This document shows positions 25,408-38,018 of a stretch of 64,000 nucleotides of DNA, piece by piece. Origin of the DNA: Eledone cirrhosa (taxonomy: Eukaryota); the NCBI GenBank assembly GCA_964016885.1, contig OZ024754.1, positions 18,290,001 through 18,354,000 of the forward strand. Direction: 5' to 3'. Numbering within the stretch: the first letter of the stretch is position 1; every line of letters begins with the position of its first letter. Below the pieces are notes generated by a model that had not been told where the DNA came from, did not search any database, and saw only the letters and a list, made by a program, of their open reading frames with translations. The position numbers and the translations under genes are program-made.

Positions 25408-26646
25408 CAGAGTGCAGACGATATTTGTTCGCAAGATTACTGTCTAGGAAAAAATAACACAGTAGTTTTATTTTTTAAGATATATTTATCAAACTTGGGT
25501 CAGTTTGTCTTCATGACTTGTTCTTTCGATCTCACTCGATAAACCCGCCATTGGTTTTGATGACGGCCTCAAAACCGGCTACAGGCTTTTGTCACTATCC
25601 CCCGACTTTAGGCCCCTAAAGGCACTTGTGATCCTGGCCTTCAGATCGTCTTTCGTATTGCAGCTAGATTTGTTGGTGTCTCGTTCCACTGCGCCCCACA
25701 CAAAGAAGTCGAGGGGGTTGCAGTCAGGCGAGCTGGGAGGCCAGATGTCAGGTGAAGTGTGGTCGACGAAGTTCTCTGACAGCCAGTATTGGGTCTTTCG
25801 GCTAGTATGGCAGGGCGCTGAGTCTTGCTGCCACACGTACGGCCTACCTGCAGCTACCTGGTCGTTCCAGGGCTTTACTACCTCGCTCAGAACGCGGATG
25901 TAGCCATCGGTGTTCAGCTTGAGGCCCTCAGGGAAGAAGTGAGGTGGCATGACGACACCTAAGACCAATGTTGTCGCTGGAAACTTTGTCTGCATGACTC
26001 TGGGCACGTCTTTGGATGAGACAGCGAGCCACCTGTTGTTCTGGGAGTTGATCTTCTGGCATTGGCAGAAGTTTTTCTCGTCGGAGAAAAACCACAGCAT
26101 GTCTGGCTCCAGTTGGTGTTTCAACTTGTTGATCAGCTTCTTTGCGTGCTTCAGTCGCTTTTCTTGCATCGCCTTTGACAGAAATTGTCCTTTCCTCATC
26201 TTGTATGAAACGTAGCGAATGTCTTCATGTACCACCAGCCTAATGAGCTTTTCATCCACGCCTTTCTCCCTTGCAATGGCACACATCGACTTGCTAGGTT
26301 CATTGTTGATGATATCCTGAACTTCAGCGACGAACTCGGGCATTCTGAAGGAGCCAGATCGTCGATCATGTGTTTTCCTCTCTGATGTTGCTTCGTAGTC
26401 GAATCCTGAATCTTCCAATTCCTTTCTGACCTTTTCCACCATTCTCCTGCTGACGCTGAGAAAGTCTGAAATTTCCTTATTTGTCCTTCCACAAATTGGA
26501 GGTTCAAAATTATTCATAATCAATTATTCTGAAAATAAATAATGGAAATATAGTCACTGTTCTTATGAAGACACGAGTGACAACGGAAGTAAAAAAATTT
26601 GCATAAAATTAGCAGTTGAAAATTGCGAACAAATATCGTCCACACC

Positions 26647-26649
<3 letters not shown>
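25408..26649 (-). mobile_element. Tc1/mariner superfamily DD37D (maT-type) transposon
   Basis: 27-bp TIRs CAG(A/G)GTG(CA/TG)GACGATATTTGTTCGCAA and TA TSDs; extra partial TIR at 25363-25377. Confidence 0.92.
25579..26523 (-). pseudogene. DD37D transposase, probably inactive
   Basis: FSDEKNF, QQDSAPCH and SPDCNPLDF with 37 residues between the 2nd and 3rd D; apparent short deletion before MPPHFF; the usual C-terminus (..EAVIKTNGGFIE*) is out of frame. Confidence 0.85.
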
Positions 26650-26704
<55 letters not shown>

Positions 26705-27089
26705 ATACCCACACACATACATACATATTCATACATATACATCCATATAGACATACAAATACACACACATATATATATATGTATATATACCACCACCACA
26801 ATCATCAACCTATGACACTTGAGTAATGCCAGTTCTATGAGAATATCACAGAGAGAGACAGTCAGATAATTTGGTATTAATATCAGAATCCAACAGAACA
26901 ATCTCATCTCACAGAAGTAAACTAAATGGACAACAATAAAATCTTAGAGATTGGTATATTACTGTTGGCATATTTGTGTAATACACCCCACCAACGATTA
27001 TGTGTGTATGTGTGTGTGTCTCATTCTTCCATCATCATCATTGTTTAATATCCATTTTTCTATGCAATAATGGGTTACACAAGTTCATC

Positions 27090-27341
27090 ATTTCATTTCA
27101 TTTTACGTCCACTTTTTCCCTGCTTGCAAGGGTGGGATGGGAACTGATTCTGGCTTGATTTCTACAGCTGGATGCCCTTCCTAACACCAACCTCATTTAC
27201 AGTGAGCGGTGGGTGCTTTTTTGTCGTGGCACCTCCACGACCACTTTGCAGTGGAATGACCCCAGTCCCTATCATCTCATTTCTACAGCTGAGTAAACTG
27301 GAGCAATGTGAAATAGTGTCTTGCTCAAGGAAACAACACAG
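27090..27341 (-). mobile_element. RTE-tailed SINE, head missing
   Basis: Matches the body of 34696-35038. Confidence 0.8.
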
Positions 27342-27357
27342 TCATATATATATATAT

Positions 27358-28484
27358 ATCATCATCATCATCATCACCGTTTTACGTCCGTTCTTCCACG
27401 CTAGCATGGGTTAGACGGGTTGTCCTGTTGTGGGCAGTGTCTGGTCGGCTGACCATGCCTTGCTCATACAGGAACTGATCTGGCTTGATTTCTACAGCTG
27501 GATGCCCTTCCTAACACCAACCTCATTTACAGTGAGTGCTGGGTGCTTTTTCGTGGCGCCTACACGCCCACTTTACAGTGTGGGCTGGGTGCTTTTTTGC
27601 CGTGGCACCTCCACGACCACCTTGCGGTGGGGGGAGTGGGGGCATATTGTTTATATGCTTCAGCATGTACCCATGGGAGGTCGGGTACCCTGTATTACTG
27701 CGTGACGCCAGAAGTCACGGTCATGTGTCATTGACTTTGAGAGGTGTAGTTGGGTAAGGTCGGCTTTTATCACCTGATCCCAGGTCATATTGGGTCTCCC
27801 CACTCCGCGGTTTCCATCAACTTCTAGTGCTCTGCACCTTTTTATGCAGTTGTCATCCTTCATACGCATCACATGTCCATACCAGCGTAACCGCCTCTCC
27901 TGCACGCAGCATTTGATTCCTCTTATGCTCAGTCTCTCTCTCAATTCCTTTATGCTTTGTCGTTCACGTATATTACTGTTACACATCCATCGGAGCATGC
28001 AGGCTTCGTTTCTCTCTAATCTACGTAAGTATTCCACCTTCAGCGCCCAGGTCTCACTACCATGCAACATCGCTGTTCGGATACACGCATCATACAGTCT
28101 GCCTTTCATTCTGAGGGAGAAGCCTTTTGCAGCTAGCAGTGGTAGTAGTTCCCTAAACTTCTTCCATCCCGTTCTTACCCTAGTTACTGTACTTTCTGAG
28201 CACCCACCTCCGTTGCTAATTCGGTCACCTAGGTAGCAGAAGCTGTCTACTGTTTCTACAGGGCCCTCCCAGAGATTGGTGGTACTTGTTTCCTGTGGCT
28301 GTTTGCTTGCTGTTTCAGCACAGCTGCTGCATGTGAATCCTACATTCTTAATTAAGCTTCCTGAGATCCCGCTACATCTCTTGTGTACCCATTGTTTGCA
28401 TTTGGGGCAGAGAATGGAGTTCCTACCTACACCTTTCCTACATACTGAGCAAGGCCATTTCCCTGAGGGGATCTGGGTTCTGTT
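27358..28484 (-). mobile_element. 5'-truncated RTE LINE, subfamily A
   Basis: (CAT)n tail, 3' UTR, ORF 27660-28109 and upstream PHD-coding segment; near-identical to 33573-34636. Confidence 0.93.
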
Positions 28485-28616
28485 TTATATACATACATAT
28501 GATAATTATATATTTCCATAGCTTGTTTTTTTGTGATATATTCTGGTAAAAAATACAATATATATACACATATGAATATATATATATATATATATTTATA
28601 TACACACACTCATATA

Positions 28617-28680
<64 letters not shown>

Positions 28681-28801
28681 TTACATTTTTTAATATTAGA
28701 ATCACAGAGTAGTAATAAATATATGTAAATTATGTGAAAGTCAGAGGAGCCTTTGTAAATCTTCCATTTAGGTAAGATAATACAGTAAATCTAATCTATG
28801 A

Positions 28802-28833
<32 letters not shown>

Positions 28834-29020
28834 ATGGTGGCGGCGTAACACAGTGACCTTGATCTGTTCATAGTTAATCTTCTTCTTTCATGAACTCATA
28901 ATTATAGAAAATGTTAAACTAATGTAACATACTTAGGAGTTAATAGTATTGGTGCAGGACCAGATACACACACACACACATTCATATATATAACCACACA
29001 CACAAATATATATATATAAC

Positions 29021-29079
<59 letters not shown>

Positions 29080-29086
29080 AAAGTTA

Positions 29087-29211
29087 TATTATAAATTCTA
29101 GTGAAATTAGTTTGTCTTAACCTATGAAATATCACTATCCGTGATATATATATATATCTGTGTGTGTGTGGTTATATATATATATATATATATATATAAC
29201 CACACACACAC

Positions 29212-29255
<44 letters not shown>

Positions 29256-29267
29256 CCACACACACAC

Positions 29268-29339
<72 letters not shown>

Positions 29340-29426
29340 CCACACACACACAGATATATATATATATATCACGGATAGTGATATTTCATAGGTTAAGACA
29401 AACTAATTTCACTAGAATTTATAATA
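29087..29426. repeat. Foldback: perfect ~58-bp unique inverted arms around a compound (AT)n/(CA)n core
   Basis: TATTATAAATTCTAGTGAAATTAG..CACTATCCGTGA is mirrored at 29369-29426. Confidence 0.85.
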
Positions 29427-29770
29427 CCAACCAATGAAGAAGAAAATTTATGGAAATATAAAATAGTGTTTTCATTTATTGGATCTTAATAAGAAAAATC
29501 AATGATTTTACAGCAGAACCACTGCCGACTGCTTTAGTCACCTTTCTTGAAGAGTAGAAGAAAAATAAGAATCAGAATTACAATATAATGAATGATAAAT
29601 GTTGATATATATATTTTACATATATTTATCCTTATTGAACCCTCTTTGGATTTTAGTGTTCACATATATTATTATTACTAATATATATATATATTATATA
29701 TAATATATATATATCATAATTATATTATATGTAATATATATATATTATATATAAAATATATATATATATA

Positions 29771-31960
29771 TCATCATCATCAGAATTGTTTAACGTCCAT
29801 TTTCCACGTTAGCATGGGTTAGACGGGAGCTGTCCCACTCGAGGCAAGGTTGGTCGGATGACCGTGTCTCACTCATATAGGACTATCTGGCAGGTTTTCT
29901 ATGGCTGGATGCCCTTCCTAACACCAACCACGTTTACAGTGAGTGCTGCGTGCTTTTTTGCCGTGGCACCCCCACGATCTTGATCTCATTATCTCATTTA
30001 TTTGGACTGGATGTTGTGGTACCAACTTTACAGAGAGAGGGTGGTGTTAGTGGGAGTGGGAGGATAGGGTAGGGGTAGTGGATTGGGGTGTATATTTGGT
30101 TAAGAGGTGCCTACAAACTGTAGGTGTCGCTTTGTACATAGGCAAGGCGGGTCTTCTGTAATGTTTCTTTATACATAGCTTGTATAGCTTTCACAAGCCA
30201 TTCATCTACACCTAGATTTCTAAGAGCCCACGAGATAATGGAGCGGGGGACTCTGTCAAAGGCATTCTCCAGGTCTACAAAAGCTAAGTAGAGGGGTTTA
30301 CTTTTAGCTAGGTACTTCTCCTGTAGTTGTCGTACAAGGAAAAGAGCTTCTGTGGTACCTAACACAAACCCAAACTGCATTTCATCTAGATCCATTCGCT
30401 CTCTGATTAGTTGCGCTATAATTCTTTCTGTGACCTGCATGACCTGGTCAATTAACTTAATGCCTCTATAGTTTCCCCTATCTAGTGCATCCACTTTACC
30501 CTTGTAGCAGTTAATGATGATACTGCTATGCCAGTCTTTTGGTATGACCCCATTCTGTATTACTTGGTTAACTATACGGGTGACCATAGTATGTCCCACC
30601 ATTCCAGATGCCTTCACCATCTCAGCAACTATCTCCAAAGGCCCAGCTGCCTTGCCTGTCTTCATATGTTTGATTGCCATACTTATTATACTACCTTTAA
30701 CTTGCACGGCTGGTCCTTCTATTGGATCGATTTGGGGCAGACTATCCTTTTCCCATTTATTCTCCTCATTTAATAGTCTCTCGTAGTGACACTTCCAAGC
30801 TACCTTCTTATCAGTATCAGTGAGGGCAAGTACACTATTATCATTACGGACACACTTCTCCCCAACAATATCATGGTTTTCCTTGACACATTATCTAGCA
30901 ATCCTGAACACCTCACATTTTTGCTCCTCGCGTTGTAGAACATGCTTGAACTTTCTATCCTCTGCTTTCCTTCTTTGTCACGTCTTCGTGTTCCCCTGAT
31001 CTATAAGTGATCAAGTGGTTTTCTCGTTTTTTGAAGTTTGTGTTACAGATAGTTAGGTTATTAGCGTCACAGAATTCCAGGATTCTGAAGCCCTCCTCAT
31101 TCCTATTTCCAACCCCATATCCTCCATGGATTCCATCATAGCCATCACTATGTTGTCCAACGTGACCGTTTAGGTCGCCAGCAATAGTTAAGTAGTCGCT
31201 GTCGATTATTTGGGAGGTAGTGTACATTAGCGTCTCATAGAACCTGTCCTTTATAACGTCAGGTAGATCAGATTGGGGTGCATAAGCGGATATTATTGTC
31301 ACAGTAGTTCTATTTAGAACTAGTCCTATTTTAATTATTCTGTCATTCACTCTATTTACGTCAATTACTTTATCTACCCATTTTTAAGCTAACATAATTC
31401 CTACATCACCCAGTCCGTTGTCATTTCCCACCCAGAAAAGTTTATAGCATCATTTTTTACCCACAATGAATCTGGCAGACCCACCTCTCCACCTAGTCTC
31501 TTGAATACAACAAACATCAACTTCTTTACGTTCAAGCATCTCTACAACCTCATTTGAGCGACCTTTCAATGTGCCTACGTTCATGGTACCAACTCTGAAG
31601 TTGAGAGGGTTGGAGGGGCAGGGAGGGCTGTGGTAGATGGAATTATGTTGGTCATCCGTGTCTGAAATAAAGAGGGGTCTTTGCATTCTTGTCCTGCAGT
31701 GGGAGGTGAATTTATCTTTATCTGTGACATTGTCATTGAGAGCTTAGACTTTCCACATTCCAGTCCACCCATCAAACAGGTCTAAACTTAAGGAGTAGTA
31801 ACCGAGGTGGTAGCTTTGCTATACTGATTTGTTAGAGAACTTTACTATAAGCCGCTGAGTTATGGTTGGCCATATAGCAATGGGGGGTGGGTGGGTGGGG
31901 GCGGGAAATGGGTAACTTTAGGAGAAGGTTAGTTTTTAGGAAGGGTCCAACAGAATGGGA
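29771..31960 (-). mobile_element. Internally deleted RTE LINE (5' end, APE and RT N-terminus fused to 3' end), subfamily C
   Basis: VGTMNVGTL, IQETRW, SAYAPQ and GDLNGHVG (APE); QFGF and AFVDLENAFDRV; jumps from AMYKET to QKTRL at ~30160; (CAT)n tail. Confidence 0.9.
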
Positions 31961-32344
31961 TATATCATAAAAAAAAACATGTTAAATATTAATTGAAAAT
32001 CCAAGACAAAAACGGAGAATTTGAATTCTAGACTAGCATAAGTAGAAGTTTAAAATACTGCTTATTGAGTCAACTACGGGAAAGAAGTGTTTTGCTTACA
32101 TTCTCAAAATCGACATATCGTCTGTAAGAGTGATTAGATAGACAGATAAATTCTGTCCTTGGGATCCCAGCAAGGTTTATTTTATACTTGCGCACAGGCA
32201 GGGGGGGGGGGGGGAGCAAAATGTTCGCAAAGTTAGCGAGGGAGATGGAGGAAGCTTCTAGAATAATTAATTATCATATATAAAACATATACATATCATA
32301 TATATTGTATATATATAATATATATATCATATATATAATATATA

Positions 32345-33310
32345 CTAGCTGGCCCGTCCGGCCGGAGCCCGGCTAGGTATACCAGCATTTTATCTTTTCA
32401 GGAATCCCCCCTACACTCCAGTGCAAAGAAACAGCACACCCTCTCAAGTCAGCGAGGGTGGGGGAGGGTTAACGTGCTCTAATGTTGGGTTTGAATAGTT
32501 TTTAGGATTCCCCAGTTCAGCAGCCAGTACATTAAAGAAAATGGATAGTTACAACAATAAAGACTGAACAGAGAACACATTTTTCAACAAACTTTACAAT
32601 AATTTGTACAACCATAATAGAAATTCCAAGTAGCAGAAAATGCATAAATTACATTGTTAGAGCCTCAGAGTATACAATATTTTTTGTTCAGCCCTCGAGA
32701 GCAAAGATGAAGAGATTGTTTGGCGAGCTCACCCTAAAGCATGCTACATACAACTGACGATAAGCCAACTGCTTTTGTGAAATACGTTTTTTTATATTTT
32801 GTTTTTGTGTATGCAAAAATATATGTACACAAATATATAATTATATATATATATATATTAAAATAACAGATTAAAGTTTAAGCAAAGAATCGCTGCTTTC
32901 ACCCTTAACGGGATCTTCTGAAACTAAAAAAATCAATCTGTGAACGCAGAAGTAAATATTTTGAAAAACGTTGCAACCGAAGGAAAACAGGAAGATGAGA
33001 CTTTGGTTTGTGAAGACGTTCCCTGACAATGAAAGGAAAAATTATATATATATATATATATATAATTATATATATATATTATATATATATATAATTAATT
33101 ATATATATATATATAATTAATTATTGAGAGGGTGTGCGGTATCTTTACACTGAATTAATTAAAAGTTGGTTAGAAGAGAAGTCAATGCAGACGGGCAGCC
33201 AGACAGACAGATATTATAAGTGTGCAACATTATAGCTATGTATCTAATGCAGACAGCCAGACATACAGAGACATACTATAAGGGTGAGACGTTATAGCTA
33301 CGTATCTAAT
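32345..33310 (-). mobile_element. Non-autonomous Helitron, copy of 1950-3423, 5' end lost
   Basis: CTAG at 32345 with GC hairpin; colinear homology to 1950-3200. Confidence 0.75.
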
Positions 33311-33352
33311 GCAGTTATGGGCGAAAGAGAGGAATATCCATCGTCAGGTGTC

Positions 33353-33400
33353 TGCTAGGAATTATAGGTATTTCTGAAGAAATACCTATAATTCCTAGCA
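33353..33400. repeat. Perfect hairpin with 23-bp arms
   Basis: TGCTAGGAATTATAGGTATTTCT-GA-AGAAATACCTATAATTCCTAGCA. Confidence 0.9.
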
Positions 33401-33572
33401 TATATATATACAAATATATATATATATATATAATATATAAGATATAATATATATATATATATATATATCATATGTATATATATATATAATATATATTATA
33501 TGTATATATCATATGTATTCATTTTATTTTACATCTATTTTACGTATATATATATATATATCATATGTATAT

Positions 33573-34636
33573 ATCATCATCATCACCGTTTTACGTCCGT
33601 TCTTCCACGCTAGCATGGGTTAGACGGGTTGTCCTGTTGTGGGCAGTGTCTGGTCGGCTGACCATGCCTTGCTCATACAGGAACTGATCTGGCTTGATTT
33701 CTACAGCTGGATGCCCTTCCTAACACCAACCTCATTTACAGTGAGTGCTGGGTGCTTTTTCGTGGCGCCTACACGTCCACTTTACAGTGTGGGCTGGGTG
33801 CTTTTTTGCCGTGGCACCTCCACGGCCACCTTGCGGTGGGGGGGGGGGGGCATATTGTTTATATGCTTCAGCATGTACCCATGGGAGGTCGGGTACCCTG
33901 TATTACTGCGTGACGCCAGAAGTCACGGTCGTGTGTCATTGACTTTGAGAGGTGTAGTTGGGTAAGGTCGGCTTTTATCACCTCATCCCAAGTCATCTTG
34001 GGTCTCCCCACTCCGCGGTTTCCATCAACTTCTAGTGCTCTGCACCTTTTTATGCAGCTGTCATCCTTCATACGCATCACATGTCCATACCAGCGTAACC
34101 GCCTCTCCTGCACGCAGCATTTGATTCCTCTTATGCTCAGTCTCTCTCTCAATTCATTTATGCTTTGTCGTTCACGTATATTACTGTTACACATCCATCG
34201 GAGCATGCAGGCTTCGTTTCTCTCTAATCTACGTAAGTCTTCCACCTTCAGCGCCCAGGTCTCACTACCATGCAACATCGCTGTTCGGATACACGCATCA
34301 TACAGTCTGCCTTTCATTCTGAGGGAGAAGCCTTTTGCAGCTAGCAGTGGTAGTAGTTCCCTAAACTTCTTCCATCCCGTTCTTACCCTAGTTATTGTAC
34401 TTTCTGAGCACCCACCTCCGTTGCTAATTCGGTCACCTAGGTAGCAGAAGCTGTCTACTGTTTCTACAGGGCCCTCCCAGAGATTGGTGGTACTTGTTTC
34501 CTGTGGCTGTTTGCTTGCTGTTTCAGCACAGCTGCTGCATGTGAATCCTACATTCTTCATTAAGCTTCCTGAGATCCCGCTACATCTCTTGTGTACCCAT
34601 TGTTTGCATTTGGGGCAAAGAATGGAGTTCCTACCT
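33573..34636 (-). mobile_element. 5'-truncated RTE LINE, subfamily A (young, open frame)
   Basis: ORF 33868-34665 uninterrupted from GRNSILC to the C-terminus; 3' UTR and (CAT)n tail. Confidence 0.93.
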
Positions 34637-34695
34637 GATATGTATATATGATATATACATATCATATATACATTATATATATATATATATATAAA

Positions 34696-35038
34696 TCATC
34701 ATCATTCATCATCATTTCATTTTACGTCGGCTTTTCCCTGCTTGCAAGGGTGGGACGGGAACTGATTCTGGCTTGATTTCTACAGCTGGATGCCCTTCCT
34801 AACACCAACCTCATTTACAGTGAGTGCTGCGTGCTTTTTTGCCGTGGCACCTCCACGACCACTTTGCAGTGGAATGATATGGACCCCAGTCCCTATCATC
34901 TCATTTCTACAGCTGAGTAAACTGGAGCAATGTGAAATAAAGTGTCTTGCTCAAGGAAACAACACATCACCCGGTCTGAGAATTGAACTCACAACCTTTC
35001 GATTGCAAGGCCAATGCTCTAACCACTAAGCCATGTGC
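34696..35038 (-). mobile_element. tRNA-derived SINE with RTE-derived tail
   Basis: A/B boxes, conserved core, 3' half matching the RTE-A 3' UTR, (CAT)n. Confidence 0.9.
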
Positions 35039-35082
35039 TAATATATATATATATATATAATATATATATAATATATATATAT

Positions 35083-35199
35083 AATTGTTTCTACTTTAGG
35101 CACAAGGCCAGCAATTACCCAGTGCATTACTGGTACTTTATTTTATTGACCCCGTAAGGATGAAAGGCAAAGTCAACCTCGGCGGGATTTGAACTCAGA
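35083..35199 (-). mobile_element. SINE, second family, fragment
   Basis: Matches 1742-1860. Confidence 0.75.
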
Positions 35200-35269
35200 A
35201 TATATATATATAATATATATAAATAATATATATATATATATATATATACACATACATACACATACATTT

Positions 35270-35775
35270 TGGTATGTGAAGGGTAAGGAAAAAAAAATAT
35301 ATGGGGGGGGGGGGGGGGTGACATAGGAAAAGGTTAAAGAATACAAGAGCTGAGAAGGAGTTCAAGGCGGTTGAATTATCATAGGAATGTCAATCCAGTT
35401 ACAGATCAGATGTGATTTCAGATGAGGACAACATCTGAAGATCTCGGTCTTTGAGTTTAGGCAAGCAGAAGTGGCTCTCAAGTTTAGCAAAATCCTATAT
35501 TTTTCTGTGGTACACAAAGAACAATTCTTTGTGCCCCTTTGGTACTCCCTAGAATGGTCTAAGATAGACCAATCGATAGAGTACGGGATGTTACTATCCT
35601 TGAATTCCCACACCTTACTTGCGAGGGCCGTTGTTCGTTTATCGGAGTGCTTAAAAGAAGCGACATGTGAGTAAAACCTGGTTTTAAACCTGTCCTGGGT
35701 CATGCCGACATATCGTTCACTCCTGGCTGGCTGGTTGTTGATTAACGGTGTTATTTTAGCCTCATAAACAACAGA
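35270..35775 (-). mobile_element. Penelope-like 3' fragment (GIY-YIG endonuclease, Hydra-like)
   Basis: VVYEAKI..RYVGMTQDRFKTRFYSH..TALASKVW..IDWSIL..CSLCTTEK..LNSKTE..CPH. Confidence 0.85.
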
Positions 35776-36312
35776 TTTGGTCTATCTTAGACCATTTGAG
35801 GAAGTACCAAAGAGGCACAAAGAATTGTTCTTTGTGTACCACAGAAAAATATAGGATTTTGCTAAACTTGAGAGCCACTTCTGCTTGCCTAAACTCAAAG
35901 ACCGAGATCTTCAGATGTTGTCCTCATCTGAAATCACATCTGATCTGTAACTGGATTGACATTCCTATGATAACTCAACTGCCTTGAACTCCTTCTCTGC
36001 TCTTTACTTCTACTACGGTTTTTTTTTACCTGCTGAATCCACGTTCTGTACTCTTGTATTCTTTTTCTCCCTTATCTCCCCTTATATTTAACCTTTTCCT
36101 ATGTCATTTTTCCCCCCTCCTTTTCCCCCCCATATATTTTTTTTGTCTTACCCTTCACATACCAAAATGTATGTGTATGTGTATATACATATATGTGTGT
36201 ATATATATATATATGGATAGACCAGGTTTTTTTCATTCTGATGATTGAAGGCAAAAATCTTTTGCTTTTCAGAAACCACTGGTGAATGGAATAATTGTCT
36301 TATGTTGTTTAT
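35776..36312 (+). mobile_element. Inverted pseudo-LTR copy of the same PLE
   Basis: 35777-36000 is the reverse complement of 35350-35573; continues into 3' UTR and a hammerhead. Confidence 0.85.
36231..36291 (+). ncRNA. Type I hammerhead ribozyme fold (family 1; GUG at the cleavage site, likely impaired)
   Basis: TTTCATT-CTGATGA-long stem II-GAAA-CCACTGG-T-G-AATGGAA. Confidence 0.7.
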
Positions 36313-36655
36313 GAAGGCACATGGCTTAGTGGTTAGAGCATTAGCCTTGCAATCGAAAGGTTGTGAGTTCAATTCTCAGACCGGGTGATGTGTTGTTTCC
36401 TTGAGCTAGACACTTTATTTCACATTGCTCCAGTTTACTCAGCTGTAGAAATGAGATGATAGGGACTGAGGTCCCTATCATTACACTGCAAAGTGGTCGT
36501 GGAGGTGCCACAGCAAAAAAGCACCCAGCACTCACTGTAAATGAGGTTGGTGTTAGGAAGGGCATCCAGCTATAGAAATCAAGCCAGAATCAGTTCCCGT
36601 TCCACCCTTGCAAGCAGGGAAAAGTGGACGTAAAATGATGATGATGATGATGATG
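36313..36655 (+). mobile_element. tRNA-derived SINE with RTE-derived tail
   Basis: A-box TGGCTTAGTGG, B-box GTTCAATTC, (GAT)n tail. Confidence 0.9.
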
Positions 36656-36859
36656 TATATGTATATTTTGGAGTTATATAAGGTTCATATGAATTATCTA
36701 ACATTGAGTTTTACACACACACACATATATATGTGTGTGTGTTTGTATTTGGTTGTGCATGTTTGTGATATGTACGTATTTGTATGTGTATAATTGTATA
36801 GCTATGTATGTATGTGTATATGTATATATGTATGTGTGTATATATGTATATATATATAT

Positions 36860-37284
36860 ATCATCATCAGGTTTAGCGTCCGTGTTCCACGCTTGCATGG
36901 GTTTGGACGGGGGTTTTCCCACTTGAGGCAAGAGTGGTTGTCTTGCTCGCATAGGACTGTCTGGCGGGTTTTCTACAGTTGGATGCCCTTCCTAACACCA
37001 ACCACATTTACAGTGTGGGGCTGGGAGGTTTTTACCGTGTTGCCTACACGGCCACATTACAGCGTGGACTGTCTGGCGGGTTTTCTACAGCTGGATGCCC
37101 TTCCTAACACCAACCACATTTACAGTGTGGGGCTGGGAGGTTTTTACCGTGTTGCCTACACGGCCACATTTACAGCGTGGACTGTGTGTTTTTCGTCGTG
37201 ACACCTACACGATCTCATTTGTTTCGGCCTGGATGTTGTGGGACCAACATAACTTTACATTGAAAGGGGCGGTGTGGGTGGGGT
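36860..37284 (-). mobile_element. RTE subfamily B, 3' UTR only
   Basis: Near-identical to 44190-44610; contains the ~120-bp internal duplication. Confidence 0.85.
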
Positions 37285-37658
37285 TATATGTATGTATATG
37301 TGTGTATATATGTATATGTGTGTGTATGTATTTGTGTATACGTATGTATGTATTTATGTATTTGTATATGTATATTTATGTGTGAGAGTGTGTGTATGTA
37401 TGTGTATATGTATGTGTATGTGTGTATATATATACACATATATATGTATATATATGTGTGTATGTATGAGTGTATGTATATATATATATATGTGTGTGTG
37501 TATGTATGTATACATTTGTGTGTGTGTGTGTTTGCAAGTGTGTTTTTATTTTTATTTTTTTATTTTATTTTTCCTTTCCTTCTTCCTTCTCCAGCCTCAC
37601 TTTCATATAGATTGCATTTTTGCTTTTAAAATCCAAATTCAATAAACAGACCAGGTTT

Positions 37659-37718
37659 TTTCATTCTGATGATTGAAAGCAAAATTCTTTGCTTTTAAGA
37701 AACCACTGGTAAATGGAA
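37659..37718 (+). ncRNA. Type I hammerhead ribozyme fold (family 1; GUA cleavage triplet) within pLTR copy 37648-37812
   Basis: Stem I TTTCATT/AATGGAA, core CTGATGA, stem II TTGAAAGCAAA/TTTGCTTTTAA, GAAA, stem III CCA-C-TGG, then TA. Confidence 0.8.
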
Positions 37719-37924
37719 TAATTGCCTTATGTTGTTTATTACATAACTATTAAGCTCTGTTACCTACATAGAGCACTTTCTTCCTGGACTTTTCCGACGG
37801 AATTACTTCATTTATATAATATATATATAAATAATATAATATATATATATAATATATATATATATATAAATAATATATATATATATATAAATAATATATA
37901 TATATATATATATAAATAATATAT

Positions 37925-38006
<82 letters not shown>

Positions 38007-38018
38007 TATATATATATA

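Noticed and set aside
30155-30995. RTE internal deletions as spliced introns
   Set aside because: The junction sequences do not match exact GT-AG removal; microhomology fits better.
36313-36390. tRNA genes at the SINE heads (here and in other copies)
   Set aside because: A and B boxes are present, but there is no proper acceptor stem and each head runs into a SINE core.
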